64,000 nucleotides of DNA from contig NW_024704742.1 of the NCBI RefSeq assembly GCF_018977255.1, positions 85,190,001 to 85,254,000 of the forward strand, written 5' to 3'. This document shows, piece by piece, positions 1 through 13,429 of this stretch (its first letter is position 1; each line of letters opens with the position of its first letter). The notes below the pieces were generated by a model. The model searched no databases. It was not told the DNA's origin and saw only the letters and a list, made by a program, of their open reading frames with translations. The position numbers and the translations under genes are program-made. The DNA comes from Callorhinchus milii. Taxonomy: Eukaryota.

Positions 1-779
1 ATCCTATGGACTGATGCATGAAAACAATAAACAACAACAACTTGCGTTCATATAGTGGCCCTCACGCAGGGCAGCGGTGACAGTGTTGGAGCACAATGCA
101 CGAGAGAAATCTTCAGGCGCAACCTAAAGATGGGAAAGGAAGGGGAAAGGCGGAGGGATAGAGCAAAAGTGTTCACAGAGTTTCGGGGTGCAGTGGCTGA
201 AAACATGTCCATCGATGGTGGAACAGAGGTCACGGAGGCCGGAGCCAATGGAGCGAAGGCAGTGGATAGTGGTTTGGGAACTAAATAGGTCAGGGAAGGA
301 GGAAGGTGCCAGGGCATGAAGTATATACAATATAAACACATATATACAATATGCATATATAACAAAAGTTCTTGCCCTCCATTGCCATGGGTCAACCCTG
401 CCTGCATTTACACACATTAGGAACAATCTACAATCTACAATTCTCTCACTTCCTACCATCTGGGTGGAACATACGAGTAGAGTAAATCACTAGCACTGGA
501 AAATAACTACAATATCCAGAATTTAAATCACATCTTTATTTGTAAGTAAGTTACTACAAAGCTGCTTTGCTGAATACAGAAAGCTTAATAGATAATTACA
601 CACCAGTTTTAACAGTAAACACATCATATCCACTGTTACAACTGATAAGTCTTATACACAAAGTTCCTTAGCTCGTGTTAGAAAAGGATGACACACTAAG
701 TGGAAAATATCCCTTTTCGGCTCTACATCGCTGAACAATTCCAAACAAGATGAAAATGTAAATTTAGATGCAAGGCTGG

Positions 780-1135
780 CTCATTTACGAGCACTTTTGT
801 CTCAGAGTTAGAAGTTTGTGGGTTGCAGCCCAATGTCACTACTTTGAGTTTAGAAAATATGGTGATGTTGTAGTGCAATGTTGGGAAGTGTTGCATTTTC
901 AAATGTGGCTGTCCAGGTAAATGTTAAAGATCCCATGGTAATATTTGAAAAGAGAAGGGAGTTTCCCCCGATGTCTTGGCCAACAATTCCCCAGACTAAA
1001 ACAAAAGGGTCATTTGCTTCATGTATGTTTATGGGACATTGCTGTACGCAAATTGGCTGGCGTATTTGCCTACAGAGTACACAATCACACTTTACAAAAA
1101 CTTCTGTGAAATGCTCAGAGATGTTGACATGATAA
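780..1135 (+). mobile_element. Old Deu-domain-type SINE
   Basis: AGGTAAATGTTAAAGATCCCATGG...GAAGGGAGTTTCCCCCGATGTCTTGGCCAACAATT followed by the GGGACATTGCTGT...AATTGGCTG block. Confidence 0.6.
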
Positions 1136-4100
1136 GGCAAAGATTATTTTATTGTAAACACAATAGATTGACACATGCGTCAAAAATAACACACATACAA
1201 GGATCAAATTTACTAAAGCATTAGTGCAACAGAATAACGTAGCTCAACTTTCGGAAATCTGATATAATGTGGTGAAAACAATTTTATTCAATTATGCAGT
1301 GCAGAGATAGGAAATTGTGTTGATGCCCACAGTTCTCTAAATAAATTCCCAGTTCTTTACAATGTGGATATTCTGAATATCGTTTGACTTACTAAATGTT
1401 TTTTAATTTTTTTAAAAATAAAACATTCTCCCTCGCTAGCATTCAAATTCTCACATTGGTGACCAGACAAGTTGGTAACCTCATCCCAGATCTATGTAAT
1501 TACCACTTGAGTCTGAAACACCTATGACCATGGTCATGTCCCTCTCTCCTTTCTCCCCTTCTGCAGCCCTGCTACTGCACAGAGCTCAGAGATGGTATCT
1601 GCGAAGAGCGCTATATAAATGTTGTTTGCCTTCCTGTGAATTGTCAGGTTTCAATTTGAGGTTTTTCCTCCCCCACCCTGGCATTGAGCGAATTCAGCAA
1701 ATGGGAATCATGTGCAAAAATCTGCGACCTACTCTCTAGAGCACAGCAGATTATTTTTTCTTGAAAGATTCGCACAATAAAACTGGTTTAGTAACTGGCA
1801 AATGTCACCAGGCAAGAAGCTAACATCACCGGCTTATAACAACATCCAGTTCACTGGGACGTTATCAGAGGCAAGAGCAAATCTGAAGAACAACTTGTGA
1901 CAGCTTAGTGACAGAAAGCGACCTATTTTGGCTCATAACTATTATTAGAGAGGACTGTGATTTTGATCTTTGAAAGGTCATCTGTGCAGGACCCTGAAGA
2001 TTTGACAAATATTCAGCATTGCAGCCAATACTGCATTGAAGTCACAGCCAGGAAAATGCAACATAGGCTAAATCCCAGCTTCAAAGATAACTATTTAGTT
2101 TCCACATTCTTTCCTCATTATTAGCTACAACTTGGATTATGGATGTACCCTTCATTTACATTAAAGGAAAATTTGTGTTGAGAGCTTTTAATCTAGGTAT
2201 CAGACTGCCAAATGATTTTACTGATAACTTATAAAACAAGTTTAAAATTTGGTCAATTTTAAAAATTAAGGTGACTAGATTCTTTGTCACGACTATTTTA
2301 GAATTCAGTAAAATAAATAATTTGCAGTTTTTGCATTAAATTAAATTTCTGATGAAACCACTGAAGGTGCTTCAATCGGCACAGACTTAGTCTAAGTGGA
2401 GCATGATAGTCATGAGTTTTCATAATTGCCACGCAGATGACTGCAGATACCAGTTATAAACTCAAGACTGATCCACAAGGGACTAGAACAACACAAGATT
2501 ATTAGTGAAATTGTCAAGTAAATTTTGGTACAGCCTTCTCTACTTCAAAATTTCAAAGCTCAGACAGAGGTGGTTTTGTTTTCTTCATGTAAAAGACCAG
2601 AGAGCAGTCACTAAGTGAAAGAACACCAAAAAATGCCCAGTCTGTATTTCTTGGGATTTCTTGTATTTCTTGGGATGGCAGCAAGATCAATTGCAGCAGG
2701 CGATCAATCATAATTCTGTATTGTAAACACCACCAACCCCCCCACCACCCTTGAAAACCATAGTGAATTGTGGAACTATAAAAATCACACTTCAAAACTC
2801 ATGGTATTGAAAAGGACTGCAGTATACAGGTACCCGATAATAAAGTATTAAATGGGAATAAACTGCACAGAGACAGATATCCCTTGGCCACACCATGTGA
2901 GCATGCTCGAGGATGTCGTGGCAATTTAGCAGTATCTGCAGTATACACAGATGCATCAGATTCTGGCATGGGCTACCATGTTGCTGTTCGGACATGAGAA
3001 TGCGGTATAATTCTGGTGCGCTGGCCAACATTTCTTGAAATGAGAGAAGGTTGAATTGATCACTTTGTGGTTGTTTTGGGGAGTTTGCTACAATGAGTTA
3101 TAACTCAGTATAATTAAAATGTTTAAAAAGAAATTGAAATGGTTTTGAAATTGGTTATAAAAGTGCACATAGTATGCTTTATATTTATATATTTATAATA
3201 ATATATCCATGACTGTTTGTGGGACACCGCTGTGCAAAATTGTCTGCCACGTTTTTCCCCACAAAATACAGTCATTTCACTTTACAATATATTCTGTGAA
3301 GCGCTTTGAGATGTCTCAATGACGTGAAAAGGTGCAATATCAAACGCAAGGATTATTGCTATCGTGATTATTATTTTTCAGGCCAACAGCCATCTGTAGC
3401 CAATTTCCGAACTTGTGCAAGGCTGCTTTTGCGGTTTTTTGAGTGTCAGGACGGGTTGAGGGTTGATGTAACTGATGAATCAATTAATCCAAGCTTGGAA
3501 TTTTATTAGGCTTTTGCAATCTGTTAATGAATTCTCTAAATGATAGTCACATTAATTCAGTGCATCCCATTAGAGTCCACAAAAGAGAAACATAAACAGA
3601 CTCAGAATAAATGTTTCCAGGGGGATACTGTCAATCCACAGGGATGTGGTTGATTGCAGCAACTTAGAATAACAATTCGGAACCATTTCCAATAATGATC
3701 CCACTGAAGACTGGCAGAATATTACAACAGATAAACACCAACCTGTTCAAAACTAGTGATGTGGAAAAATAGTGACACTCATTATCCAATGTAGACCATC
3801 AAACAGCAGTTTCTGAATCAACCCTCTCAAGATGTATCAGTTATATCTCTGCGCTGCCTCGCTTCTCTCTATGCAATCTACACAGATTCCACATCATCCA
3901 GTCTTCACCGTCTGGATTCTGGATTGCTGATTGTTCCCCAATCCCTGTGCTGCAATATCAAATCCTCAGTCTTCCTTCCAGTTCAACTTTACGAAACTCT
4001 CTTCCAAAAATGCTTTGTGTTGCTACATCCACCCATGCTCTCAAAATGACCTAAAATTGACCTCTTCAACAGCGCTTCGAAATTTCAACCAAATCACGTT

Positions 4101-4279
4101 CGGTGTCCACCAGTCTCAATGTTGATGTGAAAGGCACAATACAAATGGAAATCTTTGTAAATAAGTTGTCGTGACCAGTACCTTTAAAGTACAAAGTATA
4201 AAAAAAAAGTATAAAATTGATAAACGATGTGCAACTGTTAAAATTCTGATAAAACATCATGCAGAGTATCCACATCTCT

Positions 4280-4598
4280 GTGGAGTCCTGTAGCTCAGCG
4301 GTTAGAGCACTCGCTTTGCAAGTGAGAGACCTGAGTTCAATTCCAGGCAGAGGGCGAAACCTTGGGCAAGTTTCCTTACTCCACACAGAGCCTAATAATA
4401 ATCCCTCCAAAACCAAAAACAATAATAAATTGGTCATTTCCAATCCACGACTGTCTGTGGGACATTGCTGTGCGCAATTGGATGCCGCGTTCGCCCACAA
4501 ATATACAGTCAATTCACTTTACAGTGTGTTCTGTGAAGCGCTTTGGGACGTCCTCCCGACGTGAAAAGCGCTATATCAAATGCAAGGATTATTATTAT
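4280..4598 (+). mobile_element. tRNA-derived SINE, young family, full length
   Basis: Head GTAGCTCAGCGGTTAGAGC...TTGCAAG...GAGTTCAATTCC (pol III A and B boxes, tRNA-Ala-like), L2-like 3' end, (ATT)n tail. Many near-identical copies in this window. Confidence 0.92.
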
Positions 4599-5164
4599 TT
4601 TTCCAAGGAGCAAGAGTCAATGTTTAACTACTTTTTTTAAAAAAATTGACCTTGATCTTTTGGAAGGATTCAGCACAGCACACAGGAAGCAACATCTTTT
4701 TATACTGAACCTTGTTACTACACAATGTCTGGTTTTATTCACAAATCACTGGGTTATAACACGTCATATGGTAGCTCTTACCCCAAACAAACATCTCAAA
4801 ACAACAAAAGTTGTTGACATGAAACTTAATGTCACAAACAATTGCAGATCAAATCACAACAGCAACTTTAAACCTCTCATACAGGGTAGCGCCCAAAGCA
4901 CTTGACAGTGGTGGAGCACGTGGGGGGATGAAGGTGAACGTAGGCACAAAGAGGAAGAGTGTATAAAGCATTGCAACAGCACCACCTCATGGTTCTGGCA
5001 AATCGTACACACAGCATACAGACCACCAGCAGGAATTACCGGTTATAAAGTGTCAAATTTGTAGATGCGCAAATTATTATTTGTACCTTGGCAACACTAA
5101 TCCCGTTTCTGATCAAACCAATCATTCCGCACAAGGCTGCTACCATATGATTTCAAATCCAAGC

Positions 5165-5430
5165 ATAACATAGCATAGGAGGAGCAGGAGTAGGCCATTC
5201 GGCCCTTCGAGCCTGCCCCGCCATTCAATCATGGCTGATCTTCTAATCTAACTCCAGCTAATAACCTGACCCTGCCTTATCCCCATATACCTTAATCCCT
5301 TTTGCGATAAGAAATCTATCTATCTCAGTTTTGAATATGTTCAAGGACTGAACGTCAACAGCCCTTTGGGGTAGTGAGTTCCATACATTCACTACCGTTT
5401 GAGTGAAGAAGTTCTTCCTCAACTCATTAC
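5165..5430 (-). mobile_element. CR1 LINE 3' end fragment
   Basis: GGAGCAGGAGTAGGCCATTCGGCCCTTCGAGCCTG is the reverse complement of a CR1 tail. A shorter copy is at 17678-17760. Confidence 0.7.
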
Positions 5431-5700
5431 CAGCTTTATCTCGGCAACCATAATACTAAAATACATTAAAAAATTCTTAACATTTACATTTTAACCCCCC
5501 ACCCACACACACACGCACACACACACACTGGTGTGGTTAACCTTTTTTGAGTGAGAAAGTAAATGGACGATTTAAGCTTTATATTCAAGATCTCAACTGT
5601 GCTCTAACAGGTGTTATAGTCTTACGAAACCCCACATTTCTAAAACCACAGTGACAACCGATATACACACACAGAAAGTGCTGCAAGTGATGCACCTTAC

Positions 5701-5725
5701 CTGGTCCTGGAGGATTTGTTGTCAT
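5701..5725 (-). CDS. INIP: INIP (INTS3 and NABP interacting protein / SOSS-C) first coding exon, MTTNPPGP+G; whole exon probably 5701-5745
   Basis: Minus strand reads ttctctttccaccag|attttgaatgttccacagagATGACAACAAATCCTCCAGGACCAG|gtaagg: pyrimidine tract plus AG, 25 coding nt, strong donor. The peptide resembles the INIP N-terminus as I recall it (MAANSSGQG), and INIP is the known divergent neighbour of SNX30. Downstream exons were not found and presumably lie before base 1. Confidence 0.75.
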
Positions 5726-7419
5726 CTCTGTGGAACATTCAAAATCTGGTGGAAAGAGAAAGAAAAATAAGAGTAAAATAAAGGTTAGATAATAACATCA
5801 AGATAAGTGGCATAATAGATGAATACACATGGAGGCAGCTCCTTTCACATAGGCCAGGGTGGTTCAACTGGCAAGTGACGGGCCCCATCGGGCTCGGGGG
5901 ATGGGTTTATCCGGCCCGCAAACCATTTCCAACTTCATTGTCTGACGAGCAATCCAGGAGACACACAGGCCCCGAGTCAATCAGGAGACAGTCACCGCGG
6001 CCTCAGGCTCTGCCCAGCAAAGGGACTGGTCAGTCAGGATAAAATATTGCTTATGCAGCACACGGAGGTTTCTCAATAAGGCGCTATATCAAATGCAAGG
6101 ATTATTATTATTATTAATAAAGGAGGGAGGAATGGTGTGAGGTGGAAGAACTTGATCAGATGATACATTTGAAGGCCAAGTCGTGGGACCAACAAAAGGC
6201 CGAGATTCGGCACAGGCTCCATAATTTGAGCAACCGGAGAGGTTGATACAGCCAGCACCTGAGATGAGGAGATGTCGATAGGAACCTAGAGCCTCCATTT
6301 TGGTTGAATTTGAGTTGGAGAAAGTTACAGCTTAGCCGGATCACCCACGTTTTTTCATCGCAACCAATGCAATCAACATTCAGGTGATGGATAAACTATA
6401 GGTTTTCTAGTCCAATTGTTATGAGGTTGAGTCAAAGCAACAAGAGGTATGGGAAGCCAGGACACCAAACAAGCATCTCAAAACAACAAAAGTTGTCAAC
6501 GTGAAATTTAATGTCATAAATAATTACAGATCGAATCGCAATAACAATTTTCATTTATATAGTGCTCCTCACGGAGGGTAGCATCCCAGAGCGCTTGACT
6601 GTGGCAGAGCCCAGGCCACACTCATCTACTCTACCAACTCCTGTCTACTTCTTTCTCTTCCCCACACCCCCATACCTACCTTACCATCAGTGGGCAAGCC
6701 TTCAGCCATTTTGCCCCTGACCTCTGATACGCTCTCCCTAAATCACCCCATCTTGCCCCTTCCATTTTCAAATCCCACCTAAAAATCTACCTCCTTGACT
6801 GTGCCTTCGGTCACTAGCTCAGGCTCCCACTCAGCCTCTATATAGCACCTTGAGATATTCTACCAATGTGAAAGGTAATCAGGATCTCATTCCTAATTTC
6901 CGTAAACTGGAAGTTGAGGTGAGCAAAGCTTGAGTAGAGCAGACAATAAGATAAAGTGATAATTGTTTAGCAATTGTTCAACACTGAGGGAATCTTGCTC
7001 CAGAGCCATTAAACAGGGGATAGGGGGGAGTGGGATACCTTAGTTCCATTTGATATTGCTCAGTTTTCATTCATTAACCCCATTAAGATTTTATATCCTG
7101 CATGAAGGGCACTACGTAAATGCAAGGTGTTGTATTGGAAGTATAGGCCATAGCTCTGAACAGAGTAGTATTTGATAAAAATCTGGTGTAATAATAATAA
7201 TATTCCTTATACCACCTTATCACATTGTTGAGTCATCTCAAAGCGCTTCACAGAATATAATAAAATTTGTCTTTATATTTTGTGGGCGAATATAGAGGTG
7301 TAATGCCTCATTTGTACTGCTGGAATCACACATTTAGTGTTGATTATGCACAAAAAGGCACAATATAAACGAGGCAACATATAGTTTACTTCAGCTGATG
7401 TAAACCCTCTCAATCATAC

Positions 7420-8370
7420 CTGGAGTCCATAAAGCTGCCATCTAAAGGAGTTATCTGGCTAGACCACACTAAGACTTACCACTCTGCCTTCGCCAAATCA
7501 TTCTTTTACTCCAAGATAATCTTGGAGGCCAAGGACAATCCCAGGCTCCTCTTCACCATTAACCACCTTCTCCATCCACCTTCCCACGCCTCGCCCATCC
7601 TCTCCTCCAACTCCAACTGCGAGGAGATGTTGGACTTCCTCGAATCCGAAATCAAGGGGATTCGTTCGGCTACCTCTCCTCCATCCACCACTATCCTCTC
7701 GTCATCGCCCCCGAACGCCCCGGCCCCCACTCATCACTCCCTATACACCTTCGACCCTGACTCCTCTGCTTCCATCACCTCCATCATTTCAAAAATGAAG
7801 ACCACCACCTGCTCCCTTGACCTCGGCATCCTGTTTGACTCTCAACTGTCCTTCATACACCACATCCATGTCATGACCCGCTCCGCAACATCGCTCAGTT
7901 CCACCACTGTCTCACACCGCATGCCGCCAAGACCCTCATACACGCATTCATAACATCCAGGCTCGACTACTCAATCTCCTTGCTTGTCGGCCTCCCCAAC
8001 TCCTCTTTCCTGTCAGCCTCCCCAACTCCTCCTCAATCTGTCTGCTCACTCCGCTCAGTAGGCTCTGGCCTGCACCAGGTCTCCCGCCTGATCAGACCTA
8101 CCATTGGCGACCGGGCTTTCAGCCTCTCTGCCCCCACTCTTTGGAACTCCATCCCACAATCCCTTCACCTTGCTCCCTCTCTTGCCTCCTACAAGGCACG
8201 ACTCAAGACCTTCATTTTTGACCATGCCTTCAGTTGCCCTCCTACGTCCTCTGCCCTCCATCATCCCAACCCTGCCCCCCACGCTCAGGCCCTAATCCCT
8301 GATTGTTCAGCACCTTGACATGTCCTCCCGTCATGAAATGCGTGTTACAAATGTATTTTGTTGTTGTTGC
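7420..8370 (+). mobile_element. L2 LINE fragment with internal deletions and 3' tail
   Basis: EAKDNPRLLF, CEEMLDF and RAFSLSAPTLWNSIPQ peptides; ends in the (TTG)n tail. Confidence 0.8.
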
Positions 8371-8959
8371 ACAGGCTGCAGATCATCCAGAACTCTGCAG
8401 CCCATGTCCTCTCCCGCACCAGGTTCCTTGACCCTATCAACCTCATTGGTAGGCGAAACATGGCAGTTACGCACAGCAATGTCACACTAACAGCCATGGA
8501 GTGAGTGACCAATTTTATTTGAGGAACTGCAGTATAGGTCAGGGCTCTATTCTAGTTCCACTCCTTCCACTCTTATCTTTATGCCCCCCACCACTGCCGT
8601 TCAATTTCCATTATGCCCAAGTGTCACCCAACTCTACCTTTGCTTATAACTCTATTTCTACCCTCGTGGGCTGTTACTGTTTTGACCAATTGGAGTGGGC
8701 TGTGGGGAGTATGAAGGCGGGCTGATACGTAGTGTGGGGGCGGGAAAGCTGGTTGCTGCGGTGTGGATTTTGGGCTGTGGGGCAGTATAATGTGGGTTAG
8801 GGGCTTTGGAGTAGTGCATAGTATAGTGTAGGTTAGAGACTATAGTATAGTGTGTAGTGTATCATGGGTTGGGGCAATAGTGTACCATTTAGTGGGTAGG
8901 AGGCTACGGTGCAGAGTCCTGTGGTATCGAGCAGTGTTGTATATAATCGGTTCATGGCT

Positions 8960-9770
8960 ATAGTGTAGTGCAGTGAGGTATTGTGCAGTATAATATAACA
9001 CACTGTGGGGTGGAGGATATGGTGTATGGTGTGGTATAACACATGATGGGGTGGAGGCTATGGCGTACAGGGTAGTATAACACACTGTGGGGTGGAAGAT
9101 ATGGTGTATGGTGTGGTATAACACACTGTGGGGTGGAGGCTATGGTGTATGGTGTGGTATAACACATGATGGGGTGGAGGCTATGGTGTACAGTGTAGTA
9201 TAACACACTGTGGGGTGGAGGATATAGTGTATGGTGTGGTATAACACACTGTGGGGTGGAGGCTATGGTGTATGGTGTGGTATAACACATGATGGGGTGG
9301 AGGCTATGGTGTACAGTGTAGTATAACACACTGTGGGGTGGAGGATATAGTGTATGGTGTGGTATAACACACTGTGGGGTGGAGGCTATGGTGTGGTATA
9401 ATACACTGTGGGGTTGAGGGTATGGTGTTTGGTGTATGGTATGATACACTGTAGGGTGAAGGCTATGGTGTATGCTGTGGTACAACACACTGTGAGATGA
9501 AGACTATAGTGTATGGGTGTGGTATAATACACTGTGGGGTGGAGGCTATGGTGTAAGGTGTGCTATGATACACTGGGGTGGAGGCTATGGTGTGCGATGT
9601 GATACACTGTGGGGTGGAGGCTATGGTGTATGGTGTGCTATAACACATTGTGTGGTGGAGGCTATGGTGTGTGATGTGATACACTGGGGGTTGGGGGCTA
9701 TGGTGTGTGATGTGATACACTGTGGGGTGGGGGCTATGGTGTGTGATGTGATACACTGTGGGGTGGGGGC
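8960..9770. repeat. Minisatellite (ACACACTGTGGGGTGGAGGCTATGGTGTATGGTGTGGTATA and variants)
   Basis: Directly visible 35-41 bp tandem units. Confidence 0.9.
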
Positions 9771-11350
9771 TGATGCCGTCACCCTGATCGCTCGCTCTCG
9801 GTCTCTGTGTGCGCATTTTGGCTGCCGCCCCGACCCGAGCCTCCCCCTCCACTCGAAATGTCTCTCCTCCCACTCCCCTCTATCCGCTACCATCCTCTGT
9901 CCTTCTCTCCTACCGCCCTCCCCACTTTCTCTCTCTCCTCTCGACCCCACCACTTCCCTCTGCTCCAGCCTGGGCATCCTCTGCTGGGCCCATCGTGGCT
10001 CCCAGCACTGGCTGTCCCACAGCAGCAACCCCACGAGTCCCATCACTCACTCCCTCCTCACAAATCGCCTCCTTAAGGCAAACTTCCCCCTCCCTCATAC
10101 ATACCCTCCCCAACTCTCCACTCACACCACTCTCCACAACCATCTCTCCTGTACACCCCAAAATCCTCTCCGCAACACTCTCTCCTCCCTCCCCCCCGCT
10201 CCAGCAAACCCCCCGCATTTCCCTCCAAAATGTCCGTTCCTTCTCAAACAAAGCCCTCACCATCCACGACCTCATTCTGGATGAGCACCTCGACATTCTT
10301 GGGCTCACCGAAACCTGGCTCTCCCCCAATGACCCCGTCCCCCTAGTGGAAGCCTCCCCTCCAGGTTACACCTTCCACCACACCCCCCGTCCAAACCAAC
10401 TTGGTGGCGGGGTGGCCTTCATTTCCAAAGCCTCCCTTGGTCTCACCCCCTACTCCTCTGGCTGCTTCCCCTCCTTCGAGCACCTCACCCTCTTCCACCC
10501 CTCTCTCCCATTGAAAATCATCCTTGTCTACCGCCCCCCTAAGCCCCCCGGCTCCTTCCACACAGACATCTCTACTCTCCTCTCTTCGCTGTCCCTCTGC
10601 TCCGAGCACCTGCTCATAATGGGCAATTTCAACCTCCACCTAAACTCCCCCTGCACCACCTCTGCCGACTTCACTGCCCTTCTCTCCTCCCTAAACCTCA
10701 CCCTTATATAAACTCACTGACCCACAACAGTGGTCAGGCCCTTGACCTCGTTATCACCCACAGCCTTGACATTTCCAACCTCAGTATAGTGGACAAGGCC
10801 ATCTCGGACCACTTCCTCATCTCCTTCTCCTCTCACATCGCTCTCTCCTCCACCAAGCCCTCAACCATTCTCTACCGCCCTTGGAAGAGGCTACCCCCTG
10901 AGACCCTCACAAAGGGCCTAACATCATCAAACATCCTATCCCTCTGGCCTTCCACCCGCAGAGACCCTGAAGCAGCCGTCCAGCTGCTCCATGATCGCCT
11001 CTCCTTCACCTTTAACTCCCTCGTCTCCCTAAAATCCAGGACCATCTCCAAACCCACCCGATCCCCCTGGAACAACAACCATCTCTGCCGCCAAAAAACC
11101 CAAAACCGGCTGCTCGAGCACAGATGGCGGAAAACTGGCCATCTCCACAGCTACCGTCATTCTGTAACACACGCAAAAACAGCCTTCTACTCCAACATCA
11201 TCTTGGAGGCTAACCACAACCCTAAAATCTTTTTTCCACCACCCACTACCTCCTCTGTGCCCCCCTCAGGCCTCCTCAATCTTCATATCAAATGCCAAGT
11301 GCGAGGAGGTCATGGACATCTTTTCATCTAAAATACATAACATCCACCAG
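9770..11350 (+). mobile_element. L2-clade LINE, 5' part of ORF2 (APE endonuclease domain), decayed and lacking RT
   Basis: ORF 9809..10711 has LQNVRS, ILGLTETWL, GGGVAFI, VYRPP and MGNFNLH; the next frame has ISDHFLI. Stops and frameshifts are present. Confidence 0.85.
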
Positions 11351-11544
11351 GCAGCCTCATCCACCTGCCTCTTGTCACCCACCACCACACCCTCTATGCC
11401 CCTCTCACCCTCCACCCCACACGATAGCCTCCCCACAACACCAAAGCCTCCACCCAACACCATAGCCTCCCCACAACACCATAGCCTCCACTCCACACCA
11501 GAGCCTCCACCCCAAAGTGTATCAACAACAACTCAGATTTATAT

Positions 11545-13425
11545 AGTGTATGGTGTGGAGTGGAGAGTATGGTGTGGGGTGGAGGCTATGGTGTATGGTG
11601 TGGGGTGGAGGGGATGGTGTGAGGTGGAGGGGATGGTGTGGAGTCTATGGTGTATGGTGTGGGGTGGAGGCTATGGTGTATGCTATGGTATATGGGGTGG
11701 AGGGTGTGGTGGTGTATGGTGGGGGCTGTGGTGTATGGGATGGTGTGTGGGGTGGGTGGTGTATGGGGTGGTGTATGGGGTGAGTGTGGGTGGTGTATGG
11801 GGTGGGGTGTGGGGTGGTGTATGGGGTGGGGTGTGTGGGGGGTGGGTGGTGTATGGTGTGGGGTGGAGGCTATGGTGTATGGTGTGGGGTGGAGGGTATG
11901 GTGTATGCTATGGTATATGGGGTGGAGGGTGTGGTGGTGTATGGTGGGGGCTGTGGTGTATGGGATGGTGTGTGGGGTGGGTGGTGTATGGGGTGGTGTA
12001 TGGGGTGAGTGTGGGTGGTGTATGGGGTGGGGTGTGGGGTGGTGTATGGGGTGGGGTGTGTGGGGGGTGGGTGGTGTATGGGGTGGGTGGGGTGTGTGGG
12101 CTGTGGTGTATGGGGTGGTGTGGGGTGTATGGGGTGGGTGGTGTATGGGGTGTGTGGGGTGTATGGGGTGGGGGGTGTATGGGGTGGGGGCTGTGTTGTA
12201 TGGGATGGTGTATGGGGTGGTGTATGGGGTGGGGGCTGTGGTGTGGGTATTGTGTGGGGTGTGGGTGTTGTGTGTGGGGTGTGGGTGGTGTATAGGGTGT
12301 ATGATGATGACGATGATGACAGACGCGGGGTTTGCGGTGGGGTGTGGGTGGTGTATGGGGTGTATGATGATGATGACACACAGGGGGGGGTTTGGGGTGT
12401 GTGGGGTGGATGGTGTATGGGGTGTATGGGGTGTACGATGATGATGATGACACACAGGGGGTTTGGGGTGGGTGGTGTATGGGGTGTATGATGATGATGA
12501 TGATGACACACGGGGGGTTTGGGGTGTGTGGGTGTTGTATGGGGTGGATGATGATAATGACACATGGGGGGGGGTTGGGGTGTATGGAGTGTATGATGAT
12601 GATGACACATGGGGGGGGGTTTGGGGTGTGGTGTGGGTGGTGTATGGGGTGTATGATGATGATGATGATGATGACACACGGGGGGGTTTGGGGTGTATGA
12701 TGATGATGGTGACACACAGGGGGGGTTTGGGGTGTATGGTGTATGGTGTGGGTGGTGTATGTGGTGTGGGTGGTGTATGGTGTATGGGGTGTATGATGGG
12801 GTGTATGATGATGATGATGGTGACACACAGGGGGGGTTTGGGGTGTATGGTGTGTGTGGTGTATGTGGTGTGGGTGGTGTATGGTGTATGGGGTGTATGT
12901 GGGGTGTATGATGATGATGATGGTGACACACAGGGGGGGTTTGGGGTGTATGGTGTATGGTGTGTGTGGTGTATGTGGTGTGGGTGGTGTATGGTGTATG
13001 GGGTGTATGTGGGGTGTATGATGATGATGATGGTGACACACAGGGGGGGTTTGGGGTGTATGGTGTGTGTGGTGTATGTGGTGTGGGTGGTGTATGGTGT
13101 ATGGGGTGTATGTGGGGTGTATGATGATGATGATGGTGACACACAGGGGGGGTTTGGGGTGTATGGTGTATGGTGTGTGTGGTGTATGTGGTGTGGGTGG
13201 TGTATGGTGTATGGGGTGTATGTGGGGTGTATGATGATGATGATGGTGACACACAGGGGGGGTTTGGGGTGTATGGTGTATGATGGGGTGTATGATGATG
13301 ATGATGGTGACACACGTGGGGGGGGTTTGGGGTGTATGGTGTATGGGGTGTGGGTGGTGTATGGTGTATGATGGGGTGTATGATGATGATGATGATGATG
13401 GTGACACACGTGGGGGGGGTTTGGT
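11545..13425. repeat. G/T-rich compound satellite: GGTGTATGGGG-type units, then (ATG)n-GACACACAGGGGGGGTTTGGGG higher-order units
   Basis: Low-complexity tandem array with strong G-over-C strand skew. Explains the His/Pro/Thr and Gly/Val/Trp ORFs. Confidence 0.95.
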
Positions 13426-13429
13426 CGCT

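Noticed and set aside
4280..4350. tRNA-Ala(TGC)-like gene (also at 14290-14360, 15194, 18378, 49918)
   Set aside because: No proper acceptor stem or terminator, and always fused to the same SINE body; these are SINE heads.
5854..5930. Possible hAT/Charlie-like left terminus (CAGGGTGGTTCAAC...CCGGCCCGC)
   Set aside because: No matching right terminus or TSD visible; too weak to call without a database search.
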